This document shows, one piece after another, positions 18,450-30,000 of a DNA stretch of 64,000 bases. Source of the stretch: a virus. The notes below the pieces were generated by a model, which made no database searches, was not told the DNA's origin, and saw nothing but the letters and a program-made list of their open reading frames with translations. The DNA lies in IMG/VR virus record IMGVR_UViG_3300021142_000021, positions 1-64,000 of that record. One strand, 5' to 3'. Position numbers and translations under genes: made by a program. How positions within the stretch are numbered: position 1 is the first letter of the stretch; each line of letters starts with the position of its first letter.

Positions 18450-21014
18450 ATGTCGTATACAGATACACTAACCAGAACAACAAAAACAACGAAATCTGAT
18501 GCCGGCGAGGCAATGGGTCGGTCATCGCCGCTGACTGGGTTGTTTATAGGATTTATAAAAGAAGCGACAGACGTCCAAAGAAACGGTAGATTACGTGTGT
18601 GGATTCCAGAATTTGGCTCTGCACCAGATAACCCCGATGGATGGACGATTTGCAGCTATTGTTCACCGTTTGCTGGTGCGACAAACGTCGATACTATAAG
18701 CAAGACAGACACTCATTCATTTGATCAGACGCAGACATCATACGGTATGTGGATGGTGCCGCCTGACATTAATAATGAAGTATTGGTAATGTTTATTAAT
18801 GGTGATGCATCTAGAGGGATATGGATTGGATGCCTGTATAATCAGTTTATGAATAATATGATTCCCGGTATGGCTGCAGATGCTAAGAACTGGGAATATC
18901 CGGGCAAGGTTATACCTGTTGCCGAATATAATAAATGGGATAACATTGATACTCCTGATCGAGCAATTAAACCGTATCAGAAGACGAAATTTAAAGGTGT
19001 CGGTAATCAGGGACTTATTAACGATAAAGGTCGCGGCACAACAACATCCGGCGCAAGACGCGAAGCGCCAAGTACTGTATTCGGTATTATTACTCCGGGA
19101 CCATTAATTGATAGCAATGTGACCTCTGATAAGTTTAGAAGAAAAGGTGGCTCATCCTTTATTATGGATGACGGCGATGGTACAGAGTATGTTCAGCTTG
19201 TTACAAAGACAGGTGCCCAGATTAGACTAGATGAAACCAATGGTTTTGTTTACATGATTAATCGAGATGGTACAGCATGGGTTCAGATGGATCAAACTGG
19301 AAACATAGATATCTTTAGTGCTGCTACTATCTCCTTACGCGGCCAGAAAGATATCAATATTCGTGCAGACAGAAATGTAAATATTGAGGCGGGACAAAAC
19401 GTCTTTATAAAGGCAGCGAAAGATACAATACAAGAAACTACTGTATTCACATATGATGTAAATAATGTACCGAAAACAAAGACTATCCCTGTCTGGAACT
19501 ATAAAGGCGAGGGACTCGGTGACGGTGGCAATATTGTTATGCAGGCTCTTAATAACTGGCACAGCACTACACAAAATAATGCATTCTTAACTGTTGTTAA
19601 TAATGATATGGACATTGATATCGGTAATGCATTTAGTCTTACAACAATTGCAGCAGGTCAAGATTATAATGCTAAATTAGGTATTAAGATGTCTACTCAA
19701 GCTTCTATAGATTTAGTGGCAACAAGTAATATCAGAGTAGGAGCAAATGGTAGCGTATCTGTTGTAGGTATGGGCGATGTCGTATTATGTACTAGTGCTA
19801 ATATGAGTCTTAATGCATCAGGTAATATTATAGAAACTGCTGCAGGATCATTCTCGTTAGATGCATCATTTGTGGGAATTGGCACTAGCGTTGGTATTAA
19901 TGGAAACTTAGATGTCACTGGCAATATAACAGGCGGCACCATAGTAGGAAATTTCCCGGGACTTCGCGGCGGCGATGGCGCCACAACTGGCGGCCCTGGT
20001 GCAGCACCATCACTAAGTTCACCTATTGCTGCACAACCTGCAATGACATCAGGTGTTGCTAAACAAGCCGAAATAAAACCACTTGTTGAGAAAATTAATA
20101 TTCTTGCAACCTGGATTCCTACTGTAACATACCCTAAGTGGAAAAAAGATACGGCATACAATTCTGGCGATCTTATTACCAATAATGATATTATATACAT
20201 ATGCAATGCAGGTGGCCAACCACCATCGGCAACATTTCCTGCACAACAATGGACAATACTTATTCCAGAAGATAAGTTTAAGAGAAAGGCCGAGTCTTTA
20301 GAAACAACACTTTCTAGACTTCCTACATATGAACCGTGCCCAGAACATGAAAACTTTGGTTTTGGATCTATTAGCGGTTATACACCAAAACAGACAGAAG
20401 CATCTAAGACATATGAAGGTTCGGGTGGTGCAGGTGGCGGAGCAACATCGTCGCCGGCGACTAACACAACACCGGGTGCAAATAATAAAGATATTGCACC
20501 TGTACCAGCCGAAGATAGTGCAATATCCAAAGACTTTAACATGGCCGCTTATCAATGCGAACTAAAGATAAACGAAGGTGTAAAATACGTCTCTTATAAG
20601 GATACAAAGGGTTTGCCAACAGGCGGCATTGGTCACTTATTGCGTCAAAATGAAATATCACAATATCCTGTACCGACTACTATTTCCGAAGCACAAGTCA
20701 ACACTTGGTTCCAGTCTGATGCGCCAAGTTCAATAGGTGGCGCACAACGATTATTAGGTATGGATTGTTGGAGTGGTTTATCTGATATTAGAAAACGTGC
20801 ATGTGCAGACTTATGTTACAATATGGGTGAAGGTGGATTATCCAAATTCAAGAGCTTCTTAGCAGCAATGAAGGCAGGTAATTTCAATGAAGCTGGAGCA
20901 CAATTAAAGAGTTCTGCTTGGTTTAACCAGGTAGGACAACGTGGTCCACGAATTATAACAATGATTGTACAAAACGTCGACAGCAACGGTTGCGATAAAA
21001 AGTGGCCGACATGA
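18450..21014 (+). CDS. gp5: Baseplate central spike gp5-like, with C-terminal T4-type lysozyme
   Basis: OB-fold region (GRLRVWIP...MVPPDINNEVLVMF), beta-helix repeats, and a C-terminal LKINEGVKYVSYKDTKGLPTGGIGHLL...YNMG lysozyme domain. Confidence 0.85.
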   Translation: MSYTDTLTRTTKTTKSDAGEAMGRSSPLTGLFIGFIKEATDVQRNGRLRVWIPEFGSAPDNPDGWTICSYCSPFAGATNVDTISKTDTHSFDQTQTSYGMWMVPPDINNEVLVMFINGDASRGIWIGCLYNQFMNNMIPGMAADAKNWEYPGKVIPVAEYNKWDNIDTPDRAIKPYQKTKFKGVGNQGLINDKGRGTTTSGARREAPSTVFGIITPGPLIDSNVTSDKFRRKGGSSFIMDDGDGTEYVQLVTKTGAQIRLDETNGFVYMINRDGTAWVQMDQTGNIDIFSAATISLRGQKDINIRADRNVNIEAGQNVFIKAAKDTIQETTVFTYDVNNVPKTKTIPVWNYKGEGLGDGGNIVMQALNNWHSTTQNNAFLTVVNNDMDIDIGNAFSLTTIAAGQDYNAKLGIKMSTQASIDLVATSNIRVGANGSVSVVGMGDVVLCTSANMSLNASGNIIETAAGSFSLDASFVGIGTSVGINGNLDVTGNITGGTIVGNFPGLRGGDGATTGGPGAAPSLSSPIAAQPAMTSGVAKQAEIKPLVEKINILATWIPTVTYPKWKKDTAYNSGDLITNNDIIYICNAGGQPPSATFPAQQWTILIPEDKFKRKAESLETTLSRLPTYEPCPEHENFGFGSISGYTPKQTEASKTYEGSGGAGGGATSSPATNTTPGANNKDIAPVPAEDSAISKDFNMAAYQCELKINEGVKYVSYKDTKGLPTGGIGHLLRQNEISQYPVPTTISEAQVNTWFQSDAPSSIGGAQRLLGMDCWSGLSDIRKRACADLCYNMGEGGLSKFKSFLAAMKAGNFNEAGAQLKSSAWFNQVGQRGPRIITMIVQNVDSNGCDKKWPT

Positions 21015-21024
21015 TAAATATAGT

Positions 21025-21750
21025 ATGAACTATATACAACATTATAATAATCTAATAGATCGAGCAAAATATAGAAATCTCGAAATATATAAAGAACAAC
21101 ATCATATATTACCGATATGCATAGGTGGGACGAATCATAAAGATAATCTTGTTTATCTTACACCCGAAGAACATCTTATTGCACACTTGTTATTGATTAA
21201 AATATATAATGATCCTAAGTTAATATATGCGGCTAAGTGGATGACAAATCGTGTAAAAAATAATAAAGAATATGGGTGGTTAAGAAAAAAACATTCGGAA
21301 ATAATGTCGAATCGAATTATTTCTAATGAAACAAAACAAAAGATGTCTATAGCTCAGAAGAATAGACCAAAAGACGTACAAGACAGAATAACTTATGCCC
21401 AACAAAATAGATCTCCCGAAACAAGAAAGAATATGTCAGATGCACATATGGGACATATAGTATCAGATGAGACAAAAGAAAAAATTAGAAACGCAAATAT
21501 AGGTAGACGACATACAGAAGAAACCAAACAGAAAATGTCTGCATCCCGATCGGGAGAAAAGAATCATAGTTTTGGAAAAAGTCCAACCCAAGAGACACGA
21601 TTGAAAATGAAAGAATCGGCTAAAAATAGGCCACCACAGTCAGCAGAGACAAAAAGAAAGAAATCTGAAAAATTAAAAGGCAGAATTATGTCTACTGAAA
21701 CAAAACAGAAGATGCGAGACGCTGCAAATAAACGATATCATAAGGAATAA
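21025..21750 (+). CDS. HNH homing endonuclease with NUMOD3 repeats
   Basis: EQHHILPICIGGTNHKDNLVYLTPEEHLIAH plus repeated (H/S)xETKxKMS motifs. Likely start is ATG 21025, after TGATAAATA at 21012-21020. Confidence 0.88.
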   Translation: MNYIQHYNNLIDRAKYRNLEIYKEQHHILPICIGGTNHKDNLVYLTPEEHLIAHLLLIKIYNDPKLIYAAKWMTNRVKNNKEYGWLRKKHSEIMSNRIISNETKQKMSIAQKNRPKDVQDRITYAQQNRSPETRKNMSDAHMGHIVSDETKEKIRNANIGRRHTEETKQKMSASRSGEKNHSFGKSPTQETRLKMKESAKNRPPQSAETKRKKSEKLKGRIMSTETKQKMRDAANKRYHKE

Positions 21751-21751
21751 T

Positions 21752-22531
21752 ATGGCCGGATGTAAAGCGCCCACTGTGATTGTTGGTGGAGTGACAATGT
21801 CAACAAGCGATGCCGAAAATGCCCAGGCATTATTAGAAGAACTCGGCGGCGATAACGGCGATCCAACATTCGACGAATACAATAGTAACATAGCCGGCGG
21901 CAATAATGCAAATGGTGCCAATGGTGTCCAGGTAGGTAATCCATCGACACAAACATCGTTGCCCGGGCCAAATACAACACCTCCATTTGCTTCCGATGAC
22001 AAGGTTCCGCCATATATTCCAGGTAAACCAGTACCTCAAGGAGCATGGTCCGGCGATTATGACGAACCATTAAGTCCTAATTTTAAAGTCAGAGATTTTA
22101 CTATCAATGCATTCTTCCCTAATCAACTTACTAATTTTACGGATATTACAGATCGATTTAATAATTTAAAGGCCCTGGCTGTGAATGTAGCAGAACCACT
22201 TTTGGCTAAATTTGGTAAGTTTAGAATAAATTCTTCTATAAGAAATCAGGAAACTTGTCCCGGCCCTAATCATAGTCAACACACGCAAGGTATGGCTATG
22301 GATATACAATTTCCGGGATGGAGTCTCGATAAGTATTGGGAAATGGCACCGTGGATAAGGGATAATTTACCGTATGATCAAATGATATACGAGTATAGTG
22401 ATAAGTCAGGATCTGTATGGTATCACCTAAGTTATAATCAGGCCGGTAATCGAAAACCCGGTGATCCGTTGAAAGTTATGACAATGTGGCATAATAAATA
22501 TGACCATGGCGGGCTAAAAAGGTACGCATAG
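21752..22531 (+). CDS. Peptidase M15-family (Zn, LAS) peptidoglycan peptidase
   Basis: LSPNF, INSSIR, SQHTQGMAMDI, WYHLSY motifs. Confidence 0.85.
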   Translation: MAGCKAPTVIVGGVTMSTSDAENAQALLEELGGDNGDPTFDEYNSNIAGGNNANGANGVQVGNPSTQTSLPGPNTTPPFASDDKVPPYIPGKPVPQGAWSGDYDEPLSPNFKVRDFTINAFFPNQLTNFTDITDRFNNLKALAVNVAEPLLAKFGKFRINSSIRNQETCPGPNHSQHTQGMAMDIQFPGWSLDKYWEMAPWIRDNLPYDQMIYEYSDKSGSVWYHLSYNQAGNRKPGDPLKVMTMWHNKYDHGGLKRYA

Positions 22532-22548
22532 ACACCGAAATAAATACC

Positions 22549-22570
22549 TATATAATTTTCTTGATAAATA
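22549..22570 (+). promoter_or_regulatory. Late promoter with extended motif TATATAATTTTCnTGATAAATA
   Basis: A near-identical 22-mer also occurs at 26976-26997. Confidence 0.7.
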
Positions 22571-22586
22571 ACAGAAAGAGAATTAT

Positions 22587-23006
22587 ATGGCATCAAATCA
22601 GCGTGGGTTAGTTCAGAAAAACATCATAACAAGGAAACCCTACTTTGTTGGATTCAACACGGTAAACCAGCCCTCACCTCCGTATTCGATGACTAATATT
22701 AATTTAGTCAAGAGAGATATCCTGAATCAATTTGCTACACCACTGGGAACTAGACTAATGTTGCCGGGATTTGGTACAAACATTTATAGCTATTTGTTTG
22801 ATCCGTTTGATGATTATACTAAAAATGCAATTATTGAAGATGCCGTAAGAGTTGTACAAGACGAACCGCGAGTAGAACTTGTATCTATTGATGTCTTCCA
22901 AAGTGACCAAGCATTAACTATTGCTATGGTATTATTATTTGTACCAGAATCTATTACTGATAGTTTATTTGCTACATTCTCGCTAACCGATAAGGAATCG
23001 TTCTAA
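22587..23006 (+). CDS. gp25: Baseplate wedge subunit gp25-like
   Basis: TPLGTRLMLPGFGTNIYSYLFDP...EPRV. Confidence 0.9.
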   Translation: MASNQRGLVQKNIITRKPYFVGFNTVNQPSPPYSMTNINLVKRDILNQFATPLGTRLMLPGFGTNIYSYLFDPFDDYTKNAIIEDAVRVVQDEPRVELVSIDVFQSDQALTIAMVLLFVPESITDSLFATFSLTDKESF

Positions 23007-26000
23007 TGTCTGAAAGTATTCGCCAGTCAAATCTTTTCGCCTCAGAAGATTATAAGAAAGTCTTTCAGGCATATCAATTTATTGATTATACAGCCTATGA
23101 CTTCGACACACTAAAGCAGGCAATGATTAATTATATTCAGATCTATTATCCTGAAGATTTTAACGATTATGTTGAAAGTTCTGAATTTATTGCAATCATC
23201 GAACTTATTGCATACTTCGGAACAAGTTTAGCATTTAGAACTGACTTAAATAGTCGCGAAAACTTTATTGATACAGCCGAACGTAGAGAAAGTATTATCC
23301 GTTTAGCTCAGATGGTTAATTATGTTCCAAGTAGAAATATTGCCGCAGCTGGATTATTTAAGGTTGCGTCTGTGCAAACAAATCAGCCACTTACTGATGC
23401 AAACGGTATTAATATTGGTTCTCGTTCGGTATATTGGAACGATCCCAATAATCCAGATTGGTTTGACCAATTTGTGCAAATTTGTAATGCTGCATTTAGC
23501 TCGCTAAATCCGTTCGGTCGTCCTACAAAAAGCGGAGTAATAGGAAATATTCCAACTGACCTATACCAGTTAAATAATGTTACAAGACAAAATGTTACAT
23601 ATCCGGCTATTATTACTATCAATAGTCAGCAGTATCCTATAGATATCTGTAATCCAGATTTTATATCTAATCAAACAATCTTTGAGAGGGATCCAGATCC
23701 TGATAACGCATTTAATTTCTTATACAGAAATGATAGTCTCGGTGTCGCATCTGCAAATACTGGGTTCTTTCTATACTTTAAGCAAGGCAATTTAATAAAC
23801 ACAGATACGAATTTTGATTTCCCTGTGCCAAATAGATTATTCCCGATTGATATTCAGAATATTAATCAAGATGACGTGTATGTTCAACAGACGGATCAGA
23901 CAGGTACGGTTATAAACAAATGGCTTAAGGTGCCTGCACTCGCCGGGGAAAATATTATCTACAATAGTATTCAGTTTGCACAAAGAAATATTTTTGACGT
24001 ATTATCTGGTGCTAATGATACTGTCACTATAAGATTTGCTGATGGTAATTTCGGTAATGTACCGACAGGATTATTTAGATTCTGGACTCGTATTAGTGCA
24101 AATCAAGCTCTTGTTATTAGACCAAATGATGCACAAGGTCTTCAGATCAATATTCCTTATATTGGAGTAGATCAGCAATCATATACATTGCAAGTTATTT
24201 TCAATTTAGAACAAACAATTGGTAATGCTGCTCCATCAGAAACTAATGATCAAATTAGATTGCGTGCTCCAGAAGTATTCTCAACGCAATCTCGTATGGT
24301 TAATGGTAGTGACTATAATGTTCTACCACTTATTTACGGTAATCAGATTACAAAGTTACAGGCAATAGCTAGAACATTTAGTGGAGATAGTCGTTATATC
24401 GACCTAAATGACCCAACTGGTTTCCATAAGGATTTAATTATATTCGGGCAAGATGGTGCATTATTTAGAGATAATCAAAACGTATTAACAGAAGTTATAC
24501 AAGACTCATCTAACTCGGGAACAATTAATCAGATCCTTGTAAACACAATTCAGTCAATGTTGCAAGATCCTAAAGTTAATAAGTTCTTCTATGATGAATA
24601 CGTGCCTCAATTCGAGTCTACGATTAGAGTTAATCCGCCAAACACCGGTAGATCATTACTGGATTTAGTGCCAACATTGGGTGATCCTTCGTCGCCACTA
24701 TTCTGGCAGACAAGCCCTGCTAAATTTAAAAATACAACAGGGTTCTTTAGTGGAGCAGCGGGTTCTCCTACAGCCTTACCATTAGTAAATACACTCACAC
24801 CAGATAATCTTCCAAACAGTGTGTATGAACCGTGGAACCTTATATCTGCAGGGGCAGTATTACAATTTGAATTACCAGGAGACTCAACTACACTGAACTC
24901 GGCAGGGGTGAATAGTGTTATTCAAAATGGTATTCCACAAATTGTTAATCCATTAAATCCATATGCTAATATCGGCCCGATAGAATTGGGTGTGAATGAA
25001 CAAGTGAATTATCGCGCAGCAAAGGTGTATCCTGCTTTTAGAAATGTATTAAATTCTACAGAAATTAACGGTAATGGTGGGTCCGAACCTACAGGATTCT
25101 ATGGAATTAACAACAGAATAAATGATGGACAATCATTCTGGATGTATTATGATTTATTAACAGACGAATGGCATACATTTGCGAATCCGGGAGCAGGCGT
25201 ATCACAACCGTTTGAATATGCACCTGCCGATATTGATATAATAAGCGGGACTCCACAAATCTATTCAACAACTAATTGGACAACAACAACACAGGGTGGT
25301 CTATTATATATTTCTATTGTTCCTAATCTAGATACAACAGTAACATATGATCTAACGGCTAGAGGCCGAGTTTACGTTTTTGAATCATATAGAGATGTTA
25401 GATTCTATTGGGAACCAAATAAAGTTATTATCGATAATGCCTCTGGATTAGCATTGCAAGATTCTATTGAATTTATGCCCTTCATTAATACAAATGCTTC
25501 TATTGATAACAACTTACCGCCAGCGCCACCAATTAATGGTCTAACAGCATTTCTGAATGCTCGGGTTGATTTTAATATCTCCGGAGTATATATTCAGGAC
25601 GATGGATATCTTGATAATGCCAAAGTGCAGATATCACTTGTTGATGTAAATGGTGATGGTATACCCGATGACCCAGGTGCATTTGACAGAATAGTTTCAA
25701 CAACAGATAGAGTTGTGTTTGAATATTATACAGATGCTATATCCGGTTATCAAAGTACTCGTCCGTGGATTTCTAGGTGGAAAACTAATCTAGAAAATAT
25801 ATCTACACCATTATATGTTTATTTCCCTATGTTAACCCCGGGAAGTGATATAACAATTTACAGTTCACCATATATAGCAGATCAAATATTAACAGGTACA
25901 GATATTCTTAATCCTGGCGGCGTTAGTGGACTTAATTATGTATATATGGATTCTGTAGATTTACTATTCATTAATAATCTAGCACAACTTCATTATACAG

Positions 26001-26971
26001 ATCCAATCGGCCACCCAGCACCATATGTTGTTAGTATTGCTAATCAATTAAGTTTATTTTTCAATAATACTAGCTCATCAACTGATGCAATTATATCTGC
26101 AATTTATCCTTGGTTGGCAGGAACATATACTCTAGTTAATAAATCAAGTACTTTAACAACATACTTCTTAAATAAGAGTTATCTAATACCTAATACTCCG
26201 GGATTTGGCGTATATTATACATTCGGGTTTGTGACTACATCTAATACAGGGTATATCACTGGCAGCGTAATAGAAGATGCACTAGATACAACTCATTATG
26301 ATAAAAATGGTAAATCGTTTACTCAAAATACAACGGTACCTACGGCACAACAATTGCCGGTATACTTCAAATGGAGTCATTATTCCCCGATTGACCAACG
26401 AATAGACCCGGCAGCAACAAATATTATTGATATGCTTGTTATTACTAATAGTTTCTATACCGATATGATAAATTGGAGAAATAGTAATGGAACTGTTCTT
26501 ACTTTACCTGCATCGCCAACAACAGAAGATCTTAGAATACAATTTCAGAACTTAGATCAATATAAAATGGTTAGCGATTCAATGATATGGAATTCGGGTG
26601 TATTTAGATTATTATTCGGCACACAGGCTGCACCAGAATTACAGGCAACTTTTAAAGTAGTAAAGGCAGCATCAACAAACATTAGCGATAATGAAGTTAA
26701 GACAATGGTTATAACTGCTATAGATCAATATTTTGATATCAGGAACTGGGATTTTGGTGAAAACTTCTTCTATACAGAACTTGCAGCATTCATACATCAG
26801 CAACTTTCTACAATTATTAGCACTGTTGTTATTGTGCCTAATAGTGCCAATTCGTTATTTGGTAACTTATTTGAAATTATAGCAAAACCTAACGAATTGT
26901 TTATGTCAACTGCAACAGTAAATAATGTGCAGATAGTGTCCGGTTTAACAGACCAAAATCTCCGAGTTTAA
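23006..26971 (+). CDS. gp6: Baseplate wedge subunit gp6-like
   Basis: YDFDTLK...ENFIDTAERRES, IRFADGNFG, ETNDQIRLRAP...QSRMVNGSDY motifs. Confidence 0.88.
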   Translation: MSESIRQSNLFASEDYKKVFQAYQFIDYTAYDFDTLKQAMINYIQIYYPEDFNDYVESSEFIAIIELIAYFGTSLAFRTDLNSRENFIDTAERRESIIRLAQMVNYVPSRNIAAAGLFKVASVQTNQPLTDANGINIGSRSVYWNDPNNPDWFDQFVQICNAAFSSLNPFGRPTKSGVIGNIPTDLYQLNNVTRQNVTYPAIITINSQQYPIDICNPDFISNQTIFERDPDPDNAFNFLYRNDSLGVASANTGFFLYFKQGNLINTDTNFDFPVPNRLFPIDIQNINQDDVYVQQTDQTGTVINKWLKVPALAGENIIYNSIQFAQRNIFDVLSGANDTVTIRFADGNFGNVPTGLFRFWTRISANQALVIRPNDAQGLQINIPYIGVDQQSYTLQVIFNLEQTIGNAAPSETNDQIRLRAPEVFSTQSRMVNGSDYNVLPLIYGNQITKLQAIARTFSGDSRYIDLNDPTGFHKDLIIFGQDGALFRDNQNVLTEVIQDSSNSGTINQILVNTIQSMLQDPKVNKFFYDEYVPQFESTIRVNPPNTGRSLLDLVPTLGDPSSPLFWQTSPAKFKNTTGFFSGAAGSPTALPLVNTLTPDNLPNSVYEPWNLISAGAVLQFELPGDSTTLNSAGVNSVIQNGIPQIVNPLNPYANIGPIELGVNEQVNYRAAKVYPAFRNVLNSTEINGNGGSEPTGFYGINNRINDGQSFWMYYDLLTDEWHTFANPGAGVSQPFEYAPADIDIISGTPQIYSTTNWTTTTQGGLLYISIVPNLDTTVTYDLTARGRVYVFESYRDVRFYWEPNKVIIDNASGLALQDSIEFMPFINTNASIDNNLPPAPPINGLTAFLNARVDFNISGVYIQDDGYLDNAKVQISLVDVNGDGIPDDPGAFDRIVSTTDRVVFEYYTDAISGYQSTRPWISRWKTNLENISTPLYVYFPMLTPGSDITIYSSPYIADQILTGTDILNPGGVSGLNYVYMDSVDLLFINNLAQLHYTDPIGHPAPYVVSIANQLSLFFNNTSSSTDAIISAIYPWLAGTYTLVNKSSTLTTYFLNKSYLIPNTPGFGVYYTFGFVTTSNTGYITGSVIEDALDTTHYDKNGKSFTQNTTVPTAQQLPVYFKWSHYSPIDQRIDPAATNIIDMLVITNSFYTDMINWRNSNGTVLTLPASPTTEDLRIQFQNLDQYKMVSDSMIWNSGVFRLLFGTQAAPELQATFKVVKAASTNISDNEVKTMVITAIDQYFDIRNWDFGENFFYTELAAFIHQQLSTIISTVVIVPNSANSLFGNLFEIIAKPNELFMSTATVNNVQIVSGLTDQNLRV

Positions 26972-26975
26972 ACTG

Positions 26976-27030
26976 TATATAATTTTCGTGATAAATACTG
27001 AAAAGAGATAGTCATGCACATGGCTATCTC
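26976..27030 (+). promoter_or_regulatory. Late promoter plus 5' leader hairpin of the giant structural gene
   Basis: TGATAAATA at 26989-26997; 11-bp hairpin GAGATAGTCAT-gcac-ATGGCTATCTC at 27005-27030. Confidence 0.65.
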
Positions 27031-27047
27031 GTACAACGGAAATCATA

Positions 27048-30000
27048 ATGACTCAGTATATTAAAAAACTGCCGGCGGTATTTCAGACAGTAACTGAAAC
27101 AAAATTCTTTGATGCTACATTTGATCAAATTTTCTCAAAGAGAGATAGTGATTTATTGGCAGGATATTTAGGACGTAGAGTAGCCGGAAATTATAATCCT
27201 GTTACTGATTTTTATCTTCCAGAACCTAATAAGAACAGAACATGGTGGCAACTAGAAGCAACAGCATACGCACAAGATGCTAGTAGCAATAAAACGAATA
27301 TTTTCTTTTATGAAGACCTATTAGATAATATCGAATATTACGGTGGTAATATTCTTAATCAAGATAGACTATTTGAGTCTGAATATTATAGCTTCGGGCC
27401 TCCGATCGACTATGATATGTTTATTAACTACCAAAATTATTATTGGGTCGAGCAGGGATTAACTACAATCACTATTACTGGTGTAACCGGTGCCGATATT
27501 ATTGGTAAACCATCATTTAATACAAATGATGTTTCGGGTGCCACACCTGCTAATTTAACTATTACAACTGGCATGTCCATTTCATTGGCTGATGACCCAT
27601 TATATTCCGCTTCTCACACAGTTGAGAATATTGGTGGGTGCATAGGTATTCAATTAGTCCCGCAGTTTCCAGATTATACTCCGGGAACTATTTTTGAATT
27701 CTTACCCTGGGACGGATCTATACTACTATCTACTGGTAGAATTATAGATAATACGAACTGGGATGCATCTACATGGGATACTCAGACTCAGCCACTTGCA
27801 GGTGATTATATAACAATCGAGCGTGGATCTATTGATAGAAATGCGTGGTCTAGAACCAATAAATGGTTTCATATCGATGCAATCACCGCAACCATTGCTG
27901 CCACAACAACATCCTTCCCTGTAAATGCTACACGAGCATTAAGACCTATTATTCAATTTATAGCTGATCTAACTCTTTTCAAATCAGGTACACAATTCAG
28001 AGCCGATATTAATTACGGATTTGCAGATATATCAGCTAATGTACCAATCTTATTGGCCACCTATCAGGGCGTGCAGGCATCTATAGTTAATGCTGCCCTT
28101 GGAACTGATTTTGTAGGCGGGGAATTAGTCTGTTTCTTTAATGATAAAACAACATTTGGTGTATGGGATATATCGCGCTGGGAAACGCCACCTGGTTCTT
28201 GGGATGCCGGTAACGGAGTAATTAATGATTATATCTTTCAGACAAGCATATTACCGGGCGGACAAATTATTTTCTCGCCTTACACTGCTTGGTCAACACC
28301 TATACTCGAAGGCGATATTCTCTTTATTACAGAAGATGGTCCGTATAACTCTGCGTTAAGAGGGAGCACCTGGTACTATAGTTTAGGCACATGGCAAGAA
28401 GCACATAATGATAAGATATCTGTTAACCAACCACCAGAGTTTCAGTTGTATGATCATAACGGAATAGGCCTCGATAATCCAGTAACTTATCCAGCAAGCA
28501 CATTTAACGGAAGTAAGATATTCTCTTATAAAGTTGATACAACGCCGGGTGTAACAACAGACCCTGTCTTAGGATTCGGTATTATCTATACTGCTCTCGG
28601 CCAAGCATCCGACATTGTTTTTCAGAATAATCTTATTACTGACAGATATACATATCAAACTGCAGAATTACCTATTAATGGATACTACTATTATAAGGCA
28701 GTAACTGATCCTGTACTATATAACAATTGGAATTTATATCAGCCGTGCCCGTGTAATATTACTCCGACGCCTCCTGCAAATTGTTTAGAGACAAGTAAGC
28801 AACGAGTTATTGATAAATTTATAATCGGATATGTATCAGAGTTCCAATTTAAATTAAGTGTTACACCGTATGGTTACACATTTGGCGCGGGCGATATTCA
28901 ACCAACAGCCGATCTATCTGTATCTGTAAATGGAAATCAAATTCAGAATAAAATTGGTGGATTTATATTTTCCGAAATTAACAATAGTGTGTATGTTGAT
29001 TTAACTGCATATATCACTAATCTATTAACTACAACTCAAACACAAGCACCTGTTGTTGAAGTACAAACATATACTCAGGGATTATTAGATCCACTTGCAC
29101 CGGGTTATTTTGCGATACCGCAACAGTTAGAAGCTAACCCAAATCAGTTAGAAATCTCTGAAATTAGTGGAAGTAATCTAACTGAACATTTTGCATCTAT
29201 TATTGCAAATCAGATCGGTGAAATAGGTATTGCTTTTGGTGGCAATAATAATTATAGAGATACTAGAAAAAATAGATCTGTTGGCACCTATATATTACAG
29301 AATGTCGCACCTGTATTAAAGACGATGCTTGTATCATCGGAAGATGATCTTGATTTTATTGCAGGAGAAAGATTCAGTCAAGATGAATATACTAAATTTA
29401 AGAACAAGTATTTAAAGACTGCTCTACAACTTATTAATCAGGGATTTAACCCAGTTCAATACCATAATAACACTATTGTGGTTAGTGCATGGGTTGAAGA
29501 AATTCTAAAAGTTGTAAATATCTCAAATGAATTTTCAAACGCATTTGCATATTCTTACATGATTGCAAATGGTAGTGCATATTTAAATGAAACAAATAAT
29601 GTTCCAGTGAGTGGGCTACTAACATTAACAAATTATATTGACTTATCTGATGCAAGAAATGCATTATATATCTATGATGTAACCGGACAAGAAACTTTAC
29701 TTGTAATTGGTGAAGATTATGAGATTGTATCAATGAATCCAATTACTGTGCAATTTACTGCAAATGTTCCTGCTGGTAGTGCAGTAGTGGCCAATCTATA
29801 TAAAAATCCTTTGCCGGCATATATTCCATCTACACCATCTAAGATCGGTGCATATCCTACATATCTACCTAGAATGGAATGGGATACATCTTATATAAAT
29901 CCGACAAATGTTATCATTGGTCATGATGGCTCTAAGACAATTGCATATGGTGATTATAGAGATCAGCTTTTATTAGAACTAGAAAAAAGAATTTATAATC

